Below are positions 27,367 through 34,556 of a stretch of DNA of 39,056 bases, in pieces; the stretch's first letter is position 1; the number at the start of each line of letters is the position of its first letter. The stretch lies in contig JAZNOQ010000160.1 in NCBI GenBank assembly GCA_045589215.1, forward strand, positions 1-39,056, given 5' to 3'. The translations under genes and the position numbers were made by a program. Below the pieces are notes generated by a model that was given only the letters and a program-made list of their open reading frames with translations, was not told where the DNA came from and ran no database searches. The DNA is from Eubacteriales bacterium (lineage in GTDB: Bacteria > Bacillota > Clostridia > Oscillospirales > CAG-272).

Positions 27367-28307
27367 AGCGGCTCGCCTCCCATCGTTCTGACTTCACCTT
27401 CAAGGAGATATCCCGTTTCGCAAAGCACCCTCTCTCGGACGAGGGCGGCAAGTCGGCGCACGTCCCTTTCGGTCGCACCGCCACGGTTGATAACGAAGCC
27501 CGCGTGCTTCAAAGAGATCTCCGCACCGCCGACGCGCGTTCCCTTGAGACCGCAATCCTCGATCAGCTTTCCCGCAAATGCACCCTGCGGGCGCTTAAAA
27601 AAGCTTCCCGCACTTGGGAATTCGAGGGGTTGCTTCTCCTTTCTCTCCTTAAGAAGCCGCTTCATTTCAACATGGATCGCCGTTTTGTCCCCAGCCGAAA
27701 GGCGGAAGGTCGCGGACAGCACCGTCTCACAGGGCGCACTAAGATAGACACTCCTTCTGTATCCGTACAGATGTGCATCAAGACCCCGCTCAAGTACCTC
27801 GTCGGGAGCATTTGTGTCAACGTAACGCGAGGAAACGAGGATCCCCGCGACCTCCCCGCCGTACGCACCCGCGTTCATCACGACCGCACCGCCAACCGTT
27901 CCGGGAATACCGTAAAGGAACTCCGCACCCGTGAGAGCGCGCTCTGCCGCCGCCTTCGTCAGCGCGGAGAGGCTCGCCCCCGCCCCTGCCGTCACGAGAA
28001 CTCCCCCGTCCGCGTCCTCCGAAAAGGTAATTTCGTTAAGTCCGCCCGTAAAGAGCACCGCGCCGTCATAACCCGCATCGGGGCAAAGAAGATTGCTCCC
28101 GCCCCCGATCACGAAAAGCGGAACACCGCTTTCCTTTACCGCGGAGAGTGCGAGAAGTGCCTCGGCTTCACTTTTCGGAAAGATCCCAAGTGCCGCGTCT
28201 CCACCGATACGGAAGGTCGTATGACGCGCGAGAGATACCCCATATTCACACGCAATTCCGCGCTCCGAAAGAGTGCTATTCAGTTCGGGGATTCCTATCT
28301 GCGACAT
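27363..28307 (-). CDS. murB: UDP-N-acetylenolpyruvoylglucosamine reductase
   Basis: HTTFRIGG...FVIGGGSNLL...GIPGTVGGAVVMNAGAYG...PSAGSFFKRP are MurB motifs. The start is set at the ATG at 28307, which has a GGAGGG RBS. A promoter occupies the rest of the track ORF. Confidence 0.9.
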   Translation of the reverse strand: MSQIGIPELNSTLSERGIACEYGVSLARHTTFRIGGDAALGIFPKSEAEALLALSAVKESGVPLFVIGGGSNLLCPDAGYDGAVLFTGGLNEITFSEDADGGVLVTAGAGASLSALTKAAAERALTGAEFLYGIPGTVGGAVVMNAGAYGGEVAGILVSSRYVDTNAPDEVLERGLDAHLYGYRRSVYLSAPCETVLSATFRLSAGDKTAIHVEMKRLLKERKEKQPLEFPSAGSFFKRPQGAFAGKLIEDCGLKGTRVGGAEISLKHAGFVINRGGATERDVRRLAALVRERVLCETGYLLEGEVRTMGGEPL

Positions 28308-28338
28308 TTCTCTTCCCTCCGTTGTTCTTTTCACTATC

Positions 28339-28367
28339 ATTATACTATCTTTCACGGCAGTTTGCAA
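28339..28367 (-). promoter_or_regulatory. sigma-A promoter for murB-whiA-dnaE (TTGCAA-17-TATAAT)
   Basis: The minus strand reads TTGCAAactgccgtgaaagatagTATAAT. It lies 31 nt upstream of the murB ATG. Confidence 0.6.
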
Positions 28368-28388
28368 GTGCGGGCGGAAATTTTTTTC

Positions 28389-28427
28389 AAAAGAAATAAA
28401 GGCTGAGTCTCGGACTCAGCCTTTTTT
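28389..28427 (-). terminator. intrinsic terminator of the carboxyl-transfer operon
   Basis: Stem ggctgagtc/gactcagcc has a 3-nt loop. On the minus strand it is followed by tttatttctttt. It lies 10 nt after the stop at 28437. Confidence 0.8.
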
Positions 28428-28436
28428 ATAGATCGA

Positions 28437-29852
28437 TCAACAAACGTGCACACCGAGCTTTGCGTCACCGTTCTTCGCATCAAGTCCGAACTTCTCGTTC
28501 TTTCTCTTCTCGAAAAACTTGAGCGCAACCTGCTCGAACAGCGCGTAGGACAGTACATCCTCGTCCTGCTCCAGATACGGAGCGATCTCGCTGCGGAGCT
28601 TATCAAGCTCGGGCTCAAGCAGATCTGCGGGACGGCAGGTGATCGCCTCCGCGTCGCCGATGATCTTCTTTACAAATGCGGGATCGGACTCCATCGGAGT
28701 CTTGCCGTATTCGCCGCGCATCAGAGCCTTAAATTCCTTCGTGACCATCTTATACCGCTCGCCGCCGATGACGTTCATCACCGCCTGCGTACCGACGATC
28801 TGCGAGGACGGCGTAACGAGAGGCGGGTAGCCCGCATCCGCACGCACGCGCGGAACCTCCTCAAGCACCTCGGGAAGCGCATCGGAGCGTCCCATCTGCT
28901 TCAGCTGGGAAACGAGGTTCGACAGCATTCCGCCGGGAACCTGATAGAGAAGCCCGTTGACATCGACCTTCATCACCTTCGGGTCAAGCAGTCCGCTTGC
29001 GAGGTACTTTTCGCGGATGGGCGTAAAATACTTCGTTACCGCGTCAAGCTCGTGCAGGTCGATCCCCGTATCGTACGGCGTGCCCGCGAGGGTCGCGACG
29101 ATCGCCTCGGTCGGAGGCTGGGACGTGCCGAGTGCAAGAGGCGAGATCGCGGTGTCGATCACGTCGACGCCCGCCTCGACTGCCTTCAGATAGGTCATCG
29201 AGCCAAGTCCCGTTGTGTAGTGCGTATGAAGCTGGATCGGAACCTTGACGGTCTCCTTCAGAAGCTTTACAAGCTCAAACGCATCATAAGGCAGGAGAAG
29301 TCCCGCCATATCCTTGATACAGATCGAGTCTGCGCCCATCTCCTCAAGCGTCTTTGCGTACTTTGCGAAATATTCGTTCGTGTAGATCTCGCCCGTCGTG
29401 TAGCTGATCGCCGCCTGAACGTGGCCGCCCTCGCGCTTCGTCGCGTCGATCGCGGTCTTCAGGTTTCTCGGATCGTTCAGCGCATCGAAAATTCGGAGGA
29501 TATCAATACCGTTCGCGATCGACTTCTGTACGAAGTATGCGACGACGTCGTCCGAATAGTGACGGTAGCCGAGAATATTCTGTCCGCGGAAAAGCATCTG
29601 AAGCTTCGTATTCTTCACGCCGTCGCGGATCTTTCTGAGTCTCTCCCACGGATCCTCATTGAGGAAGCGCAGACAGCTGTCAAAGGTCGCGCCGCCCCAT
29701 GCCTCGAGAGAATGATAGCCGATCTTGTCGAGTGTCGAAAGGATCGGGAGCATCTCGTCGATGGTCATACGGGTCGCAACGAGAGACTGATGTGAGTCAC
29801 GGAGGATCGTCTCCGTGAGCTTGATCTGTTTTTTCTGTGTATTATCTGCCAT
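28437..29852 (-). CDS. oxaloacetate/pyruvate carboxyltransferase subunit (OadA N-terminal / transcarboxylase 5S type) with no biotinyl domain
   Basis: LRDSHQSLVATRM...LEAWGGATFD...IFDALND...KDMAGLL...HTHYTTGL are HMGL-like carboxyltransferase blocks of OadA/PycB/5S. At 471 aa the protein ends before any BCCP domain. Confidence 0.85.
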   Translation of the reverse strand: MADNTQKKQIKLTETILRDSHQSLVATRMTIDEMLPILSTLDKIGYHSLEAWGGATFDSCLRFLNEDPWERLRKIRDGVKNTKLQMLFRGQNILGYRHYSDDVVAYFVQKSIANGIDILRIFDALNDPRNLKTAIDATKREGGHVQAAISYTTGEIYTNEYFAKYAKTLEEMGADSICIKDMAGLLLPYDAFELVKLLKETVKVPIQLHTHYTTGLGSMTYLKAVEAGVDVIDTAISPLALGTSQPPTEAIVATLAGTPYDTGIDLHELDAVTKYFTPIREKYLASGLLDPKVMKVDVNGLLYQVPGGMLSNLVSQLKQMGRSDALPEVLEEVPRVRADAGYPPLVTPSSQIVGTQAVMNVIGGERYKMVTKEFKALMRGEYGKTPMESDPAFVKKIIGDAEAITCRPADLLEPELDKLRSEIAPYLEQDEDVLSYALFEQVALKFFEKRKNEKFGLDAKNGDAKLGVHVC

Positions 29853-29915
29853 TTTTGAATGAACCTCCTATCGCTTCGGCAACCGTTCGGGGGTCGCCTC
29901 CCGTAAGAAAAGGAC

Positions 29916-30347
29916 TCAGTTCAGGGTCAGGAGAACCTGATCAGCGGTAACCGATGCGCCGCTCTGTACCGCAACGCTTGCAACGACACCGTCCTCGGGT
30001 GCGCAGATGTCATTTTCCATCTTCATCGCCTCAAGAACGAGCAGGACCTCGCCCTTCTTGACCGATGCGCCAACCGATGCGTTGACCTTTACGATCGTTC
30101 CGGGGAACGGAGCCTTCACCGCGATCTTTCCTTCACCGCCTGCAGGCGCTGCTGCGGGTGCGGGTGCCGCCTCGGGAGCGGGTGCTGCTGCGGGTGCAGG
30201 AGCTGCTACTACGGGAGCGGGAGCCACGGGAGCTACGGGGGCGGGAGCTGCGGCGGTAACGACGGGGGCTGCATAGGTGCCTGCCGAAACCTCCTCAACG
30301 ACAACGTCATAAACAACACCGTTTACGGTAACTGCAAACTTTCTCAT
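29916..30347 (-). CDS. biotin carboxyl carrier protein with an Ala/Pro linker
   Basis: The C-terminus reads VLVLEAMKMENDICAP, the biotinyl-Lys motif EAMKME. A long APAPVAPVAPAP linker precedes it. Confidence 0.9.
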   Translation of the reverse strand: MRKFAVTVNGVVYDVVVEEVSAGTYAAPVVTAAAPAPVAPVAPAPVVAAPAPAAAPAPEAAPAPAAAPAGGEGKIAVKAPFPGTIVKVNASVGASVKKGEVLLVLEAMKMENDICAPEDGVVASVAVQSGASVTADQVLLTLN

Positions 30348-30418
30348 GATTTTATATCTCCTCTTTACTTGTTGTATTTACTTTATATAGCTTAATAGGG
30401 ATTTTCGTTTCAATGTGA

Positions 30419-30772
30419 TTATTTGGATACGCGGTTCCAAGCGCCGCCTCTCTTCTTAAAGGAAACCACACGGAAGCCCGTCGGAAGCGAGGACTTTCCA
30501 CCGTTTTCCATTTCAAGGTAGACCGCAACCGCCGCTGTGATCGCCGCTGTAAGTGCCTGATCCTCGGTCACAACGATCGATGCGGCGATTGCCGCCGCGA
30601 TCGCCGCGTCATCGGGATTTCCGACCGCAGTGCTTTTCGCTTCCTCGCGGGGACGGCGAATGAGTGCCACAAGACCGTAGAGAGCAAGCAAAGCGAGAAC
30701 CGCAAGGCCGATATAAACGACCGCAGGCGGTATCGACTCGGGGATCAAGGAGGTGAGGGATTGTCCGTTCAT
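30419..30772 (-). CDS. OadG-family small membrane subunit (decarboxylase gamma/delta type)
   Basis: A single N-terminal TM segment, an Ala/Ile-rich region (AAIAAAIAASI, AAITAAVAVYL) and a basic tail (FRVVSFKKRG) give the OadG-like pattern. Confidence 0.65.
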   Translation of the reverse strand: MNGQSLTSLIPESIPPAVVYIGLAVLALLALYGLVALIRRPREEAKSTAVGNPDDAAIAAAIAASIVVTEDQALTAAITAAVAVYLEMENGGKSSLPTGFRVVSFKKRGGAWNRVSK

Positions 30773-30786
30773 ACTCAGTTCCCCCT

Positions 30787-32160
30787 TCAGAGCGGCAGGG
30801 TGGAATGTCTGCGGCTCGGCGTGCCCTCTGCCTTCGAGATCAGCATCGCGACAGCAGCCGCAAGACGTGCGCGCAGCTCCTCGGGAGCGATGATATCATC
30901 AACCTCGCCGCGGCAAGCCGCCTCTGCGGGAGATGCGTACGCATCCTGCCATTCCTTTTCGAGCGCTTCGCGGCTCACGTCCTCCGATACACGGTCGTTC
31001 CAAAGGAATGCCACCGAGGAAGCGGGAGACAAGAGGCTGATCGAAGCATCGGGAAGCGCAAACACGACGTCTGCGCCGAGTGCCTTCGCACCCGTGAGCG
31101 TGAAGCCTGCGCCGTATGCCTTACCAACCACCGCCGTAATGACGGGGCATTCTGCACTTGCATACGCACCTGCGAGCTTCGCAAGCTCCTGTGCAGTCGC
31201 TGGAATCGATTCATTCTTAAGTCCGACCGAATCAACGAGGTTTACAAGCGGAATACCGAACGCGTCACAGAAGGAGATCAGCTTCGCAGCCTTTCTTGCC
31301 TCTTCAGCGCCGATCGCGCCGCCATTTTCCGAAGCATTGCCCGCGATCACGCCGCAAACGACGCCCGAGAGGGAAAGAAATCCTGTCGAAACGCCCTCGC
31401 CGTAGCCCGCATAAAGCTCGTAATATTCGCCGCCGTCTGCGATCTCACGAAGCGAAGCCGCAAGGTCTTCCTTGTTCCACGCAACCGCACGGTTCGGATC
31501 GTCCGAGGATTCGACCACAGCCGTTCCCTCCGCGTTGTTTGCGGGAAGGAGCGAAAGGAGTGTCTTTACAGAGGCGAATGCTTCACTTTCATTTTCGGTC
31601 TCGACCGCAACGAGACCGTCGATCTCGGGAGCGATCTTATTTTCATCATACGAAGGGCTGAGATAGACCTCACCGTTCTCACGTGCAAGCACGACGAAGT
31701 CGGACATAGCCGCAACCGTAGCGGCACTGCCTGCGCATACGCCGTCGATCACCGCGATCTGCGGAATGACACCTGACGCCTTCGCGACCGACTTCATCCA
31801 TGCACCGTACGCCGCCATCGAAGCCGCGCCGTCGTAGATCGAAGCACCTGCGCTGTCGAGCACACCGACGATCGGCGCGCCGTTCTTCACTGCGAGCGAA
31901 TAGATCTGCTCGATCTTGCGTGCATAAAGCGCGTCGATCGCGCCCTTCTGCCGTCCGTTATCCTGGAAATATGCAAACACGAGCTTGCCGTCCACCGCAC
32001 CGTAGCCGGTAACGACGCCCTCAAACTCGGCGCTGTCTCCGTTTCTTCTGAGATGCGCGCCGATCTCCACGAAGGTGCCCGCATCGAAAAACGCTTCAGC
32101 ACGGCGATTACCCTCGCCGTTTTCGTGCGACACCGTATAATTCAAATTCAAGCCACTCAT
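30787..32160 (-). CDS. carboxyltransferase-domain protein (acyl-CoA carboxylase beta / MmdA / 12S-like), short and divergent
   Basis: There is two-fold crotonase-like CT architecture. VGVLDSAGASIYDG aligns to the canonical DSGGARIQEG block. LVDSVGL...AVVGKAYGAGF aligns to the VDxPGF...RKAYGGAY block. Length is 457 aa. Confidence 0.7.
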   Translation of the reverse strand: MSGLNLNYTVSHENGEGNRRAEAFFDAGTFVEIGAHLRRNGDSAEFEGVVTGYGAVDGKLVFAYFQDNGRQKGAIDALYARKIEQIYSLAVKNGAPIVGVLDSAGASIYDGAASMAAYGAWMKSVAKASGVIPQIAVIDGVCAGSAATVAAMSDFVVLARENGEVYLSPSYDENKIAPEIDGLVAVETENESEAFASVKTLLSLLPANNAEGTAVVESSDDPNRAVAWNKEDLAASLREIADGGEYYELYAGYGEGVSTGFLSLSGVVCGVIAGNASENGGAIGAEEARKAAKLISFCDAFGIPLVNLVDSVGLKNESIPATAQELAKLAGAYASAECPVITAVVGKAYGAGFTLTGAKALGADVVFALPDASISLLSPASSVAFLWNDRVSEDVSREALEKEWQDAYASPAEAACRGEVDDIIAPEELRARLAAAVAMLISKAEGTPSRRHSTLPL

Positions 32161-32354
32161 TCAGTCAACCGTCCTGTCCTTTCCGAAAAAGTTCAAAAAT
32201 AATTTTCGGTTTTCTCCGGAGAGATTCGATCTTGAAGCATACACGCTCTTGCAATTTGCAAAAAAACGCTTAATCTTTCAGGTTTTTTCTATTGCAAATA
32301 TGACGAAAAACGCATATTTTTATCAAAATCCACCTTCTCCCCGATTATACATAA

Positions 32355-32383
32355 ATGATACCACAATTTGTAGGATTTGACAA
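32355..32383 (-). promoter_or_regulatory. candidate promoter of the carboxyl-transfer operon (TTGTCA-17-TGgTATCAT), implying a ~190-nt leader
   Basis: The minus strand reads TTGTCAaatcctacaaattgtggTATCAT. A second TATAAT lies 5 nt further downstream (32344-32349). Confidence 0.4.
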
Positions 32384-32394
32384 CAGACAAAATG

Positions 32395-32650
32395 TTATAT
32401 TTCTGTGAACAATGACCTTCGACACGAAACCCATCCGCATAAGAGCCTCCCTCCGGGAGGGAGTGGATTTTGCCGGAGGCAAAAGACGGAAGGAGCCTGC
32501 GTTACGATGAGAATAGACAAATCTCCATCTTTACGTATTCTCCCCCACCCGCTCTGCGGGAGCCCCCTCTCGGAGGGGGCCTTATATGTGCCGCTCTCGC
32601 AACACGAAACCATACAAAAACCCCGCCCACGCAAAATGCGCAGGTCTTAT
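32395..32650. repeat. GC-rich non-coding element with twin G/C hairpins and a 10-nt direct repeat (REP/MITE-like or structured RNA)
   Basis: Hairpins are ctccctc-cgg-gagggag (32447-32463), cccgc-tct-gcggg (32548-32560) and gccccctc-tcg-gagggggc (32562-32580). The direct repeat acacgaaacc occurs at 32422-32431 and 32602-32611, exactly 180 bp apart. Only short overlapping ORFs cover the region (60-86 aa, both strands, Pro/Gly/Arg-rich junk). Confidence 0.5.
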
Positions 32651-32654
32651 AATC

Positions 32655-32701
32655 GTATACAATAACAAAGTCCCTGCCGTCGACCAAGACGATAGGGACT
32701 T
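32655..32701 (-). terminator. intrinsic terminator of the islet ORF
   Basis: Stem aagtccct/agggactt (32668-32675 / 32694-32701) has an inner stem cgtc/gacg. On the minus strand it is followed by ttgttattgt. It lies 14 nt after the stop at 32715. Confidence 0.6.
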
Positions 32702-32714
32702 GGTTTAAAATGAA

Positions 32715-33047
32715 TTATTGACCTGCTACAACCTGTTTTGTTACTTCCATTTTTCTATCCGCATACAAAACAACGTCTTTGATTACGAGCTTTTGAATTG
32801 CGGAAATAAACATATTCATACTTTCGTGGTCTGGCTTTCCATCCTTTGCGGGCAACAAAATGTTGAGTTCATCGGCATCTTTGGCATAAAAGTTCCTTGA
32901 ATAACTGAACTTTCCTGAATGTGCCGATTTGTGTATAGCTGTAGTTGTAAAAATGGAAGCAAATTTCGGCAATTCTTCGGTATGTACTACTGCCACGTGA
33001 TCGTCTGCTCCATATTGATAGTTACGGTATTTTGCAGAACCAAACAT
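32715..33047 (-). pseudogene. decayed low-GC ORF; possible remnant of a restriction-modification specificity (TRD)-like gene
   Basis: G+C is ~36% by hand count over 32761-33120. There is no Shine-Dalgarno before the ATG. An in-frame stop lies 5 codons upstream, and a short out-of-frame MKVLNNHY* reading starts right after the promoter. The segment KFSYSRNFYAKDADELNILLPAKDGKPDHESMNMFISAIQK resembles, from memory, the ...YSYGR...I.LP...G.PD..fME.yI... end of TRD-type proteins. Confidence 0.35.
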
Positions 33048-33073
33048 ATCAATAGTGGTTGTTTAACACCTTC

Positions 33074-33102
33074 ATTGTAGCATAATTTTTTCAAGTTGTA
33101 AA
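33074..33102 (-). promoter_or_regulatory. sigma-A promoter in the islet (TTTACA-17-TGcTACAAT)
   Basis: The minus strand reads TTTACAacttgaaaaaattatgcTACAAT with exact 17-nt spacing. It reads into the decayed ORF. Confidence 0.55.
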
Positions 33103-33172
33103 TATCAAGCAAAAAATTTTCTGTTATTTCCTCAAAATCCGCAAACGTATCCACACGATTTTCGCTCCTCCC

Positions 33173-33201
33173 TTGACTTTTCCCCGTTTCCGTGGTAGAC
33201 T
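33173..33201 (+). promoter_or_regulatory. sigma-A promoter for the aminopeptidase gene (TTGACT-17-TGgTAGACT)
   Basis: TTGACT at 33173-33178, a 17-nt spacer ending in tgg, and TAGACT at 33196-33201. A small hairpin, tgcggc-gcatt-gccgca, sits in the leader. Confidence 0.55.
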
Positions 33202-33255
33202 ATAACCGTAAAAAAACTGCGGCGCATTGCCGCAACGTATAGAAAGAGCTTTGAT

Positions 33256-34485
33256 ATGAAGAAAACCGTTATACAAAAATACGCCCGTCTGATCGCGCGG
33301 CGGGGCGTCAACATTCAAAAGGGACAGGAGGTCATCATCCGCGCCGACCTTGACCAGCCCGAGTTCGTTCGTATGACCGTGGAGGAATGCTACAAGGCGG
33401 GGGCTTCGAAGGTCACGGTCGAGTGGCAGTATCAGCCCCTCGCGAAGCTGAATTACCGCTACCGCACGCTGAAGAGCCTTTCGACGATGGAAAATTGGGA
33501 GGTCGAAAAGCTGAAGCTGTCGGTCGACCGTCTCCCCGCGATGATCTATATCGAATCCGAGGACCCCGACGGGCTTCGCGGCATCAATCAGAAAAAGGTC
33601 GCAAAGGCGCAGAAGGCACTTTACCCGATCACAAAGCCGATCCGCGACGCGAAGGAGAGCAAATATCAGTGGTGCATCGCCGCCGTTCCGGGCGAAAAAT
33701 GGGCGAAGAAGATCTTCCCCGAGCTTCGTGTCGGCGCGGCTGTGGAAAAGCTCTGGGAGACCATCCTCTACACTTCCCGCGCAAACGGTGACGATCCTTG
33801 CGCCGCGTGGGACGCGCACAACGAGGAGCTGCACCGCCGCTGTGACTATCTGAATTCTCTCGGCATTGAGGAGCTATGCTACAAATCGGCAAACGGAACC
33901 GATTTCCGTGTCGGACTGATCCCCGACGCGCTCTTTATGGGCGGCTCGGAGACCACGGTCAACACGGGCGTCGAATTTAATCCCAACATCCCGAGCGAGG
34001 AGATCTTCACGTCGCCGATGCGCGGAAAGGCAGAAGGCACGGTCGTTTCGACGAAGCCTCTCTCCTACCGCGGTGAACTGATCGAAAACTTCTCGATCAC
34101 CTTCCGAGACGGCAAGGCGGTCGACTGCACCGCCGAACGAAACGAGGATCTGCTCCGCACGATGATCTCGATGGACGAGGGCGCGGCATACCTCGGCGAA
34201 TGCGCGCTCGTTCCCTACGATTCCCCGATCTGCAACTCGGGCGTCACCTTCTACAACACGCTGTTTGACGAAAACGCCTGCTGTCACCTCGCGCTTGGCT
34301 TCGGCTTCACGAACTGCATCAAGGATTTCGACAAATACACCCTTGAAGAGTGTCGCGAAAAGGGCATCAACGATTCGATCATTCACGTCGACTTTATGAT
34401 CGGCTCGGCGGATCTGTCGATCGACGCTATAACGAGAGACGGAAAGACCGTCAAGATCTTTAAAGACGGTAATTGGGCATTCTGA
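33256..34485 (+). CDS. M29-family aminopeptidase (AmpS/PepS type)
   Basis: KYARLIARRGVNIQKGQEVIIRADLDQPEFVRMTVEECYKAGA...PSEEIFTSP...EGTVVSTKPL...TLFDENACCHLALG...SIIHVDFMIG gives the thermophilic metalloprotease (M29) pattern. Confidence 0.85.
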   Translation: MKKTVIQKYARLIARRGVNIQKGQEVIIRADLDQPEFVRMTVEECYKAGASKVTVEWQYQPLAKLNYRYRTLKSLSTMENWEVEKLKLSVDRLPAMIYIESEDPDGLRGINQKKVAKAQKALYPITKPIRDAKESKYQWCIAAVPGEKWAKKIFPELRVGAAVEKLWETILYTSRANGDDPCAAWDAHNEELHRRCDYLNSLGIEELCYKSANGTDFRVGLIPDALFMGGSETTVNTGVEFNPNIPSEEIFTSPMRGKAEGTVVSTKPLSYRGELIENFSITFRDGKAVDCTAERNEDLLRTMISMDEGAAYLGECALVPYDSPICNSGVTFYNTLFDENACCHLALGFGFTNCIKDFDKYTLEECREKGINDSIIHVDFMIGSADLSIDAITRDGKTVKIFKDGNWAF

Positions 34486-34499
34486 TCTGCAAAATGAAT

Positions 34500-34553
34500 A
34501 ATTCCCGCAAATCGATAATTTCTATCGGTTTGCGGGAATTTTGCTTATTTTTT
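34500..34553. terminator. bidirectional terminator between the convergent aminopeptidase and ABC exporter genes
   Basis: An 18-bp stem, aattcccgcaaatcgata / tatcggtttgcgggaatt (one G-U pair), is followed by ttgcttatttttt. Confidence 0.85.
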
Positions 34554-34556
34554 GAA

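Noticed and set aside
28446-29795. 449-aa plus-strand ORF
   Set aside because: It is antisense to the OadA/5S-type carboxyltransferase, which has clear HMGL-like motifs. No RBS or motif supports the plus-strand ORF.
30130-30270. Cryptic tandem repetition (gcgggtgc / gggagc units)
   Set aside because: This is the coding sequence of the Ala/Pro-rich flexible linker of the biotin carrier protein (APAPVAPVAPAPVVAAPAPAAAPAPEAAPAPAAAP). It is not a CRISPR array or satellite.
30805-31776. 323-aa plus-strand ORF, and 30761..31405 (214 aa)
   Set aside because: These are antisense shadows of the acyl-CoA-type carboxyltransferase gene.
33124-33834. 236-aa minus-strand ORF spanning the pepS promoter and 5' region
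   Set aside because: It is antisense to the M29 aminopeptidase and runs across its promoter. The product is Arg/Leu-rich with no motif.
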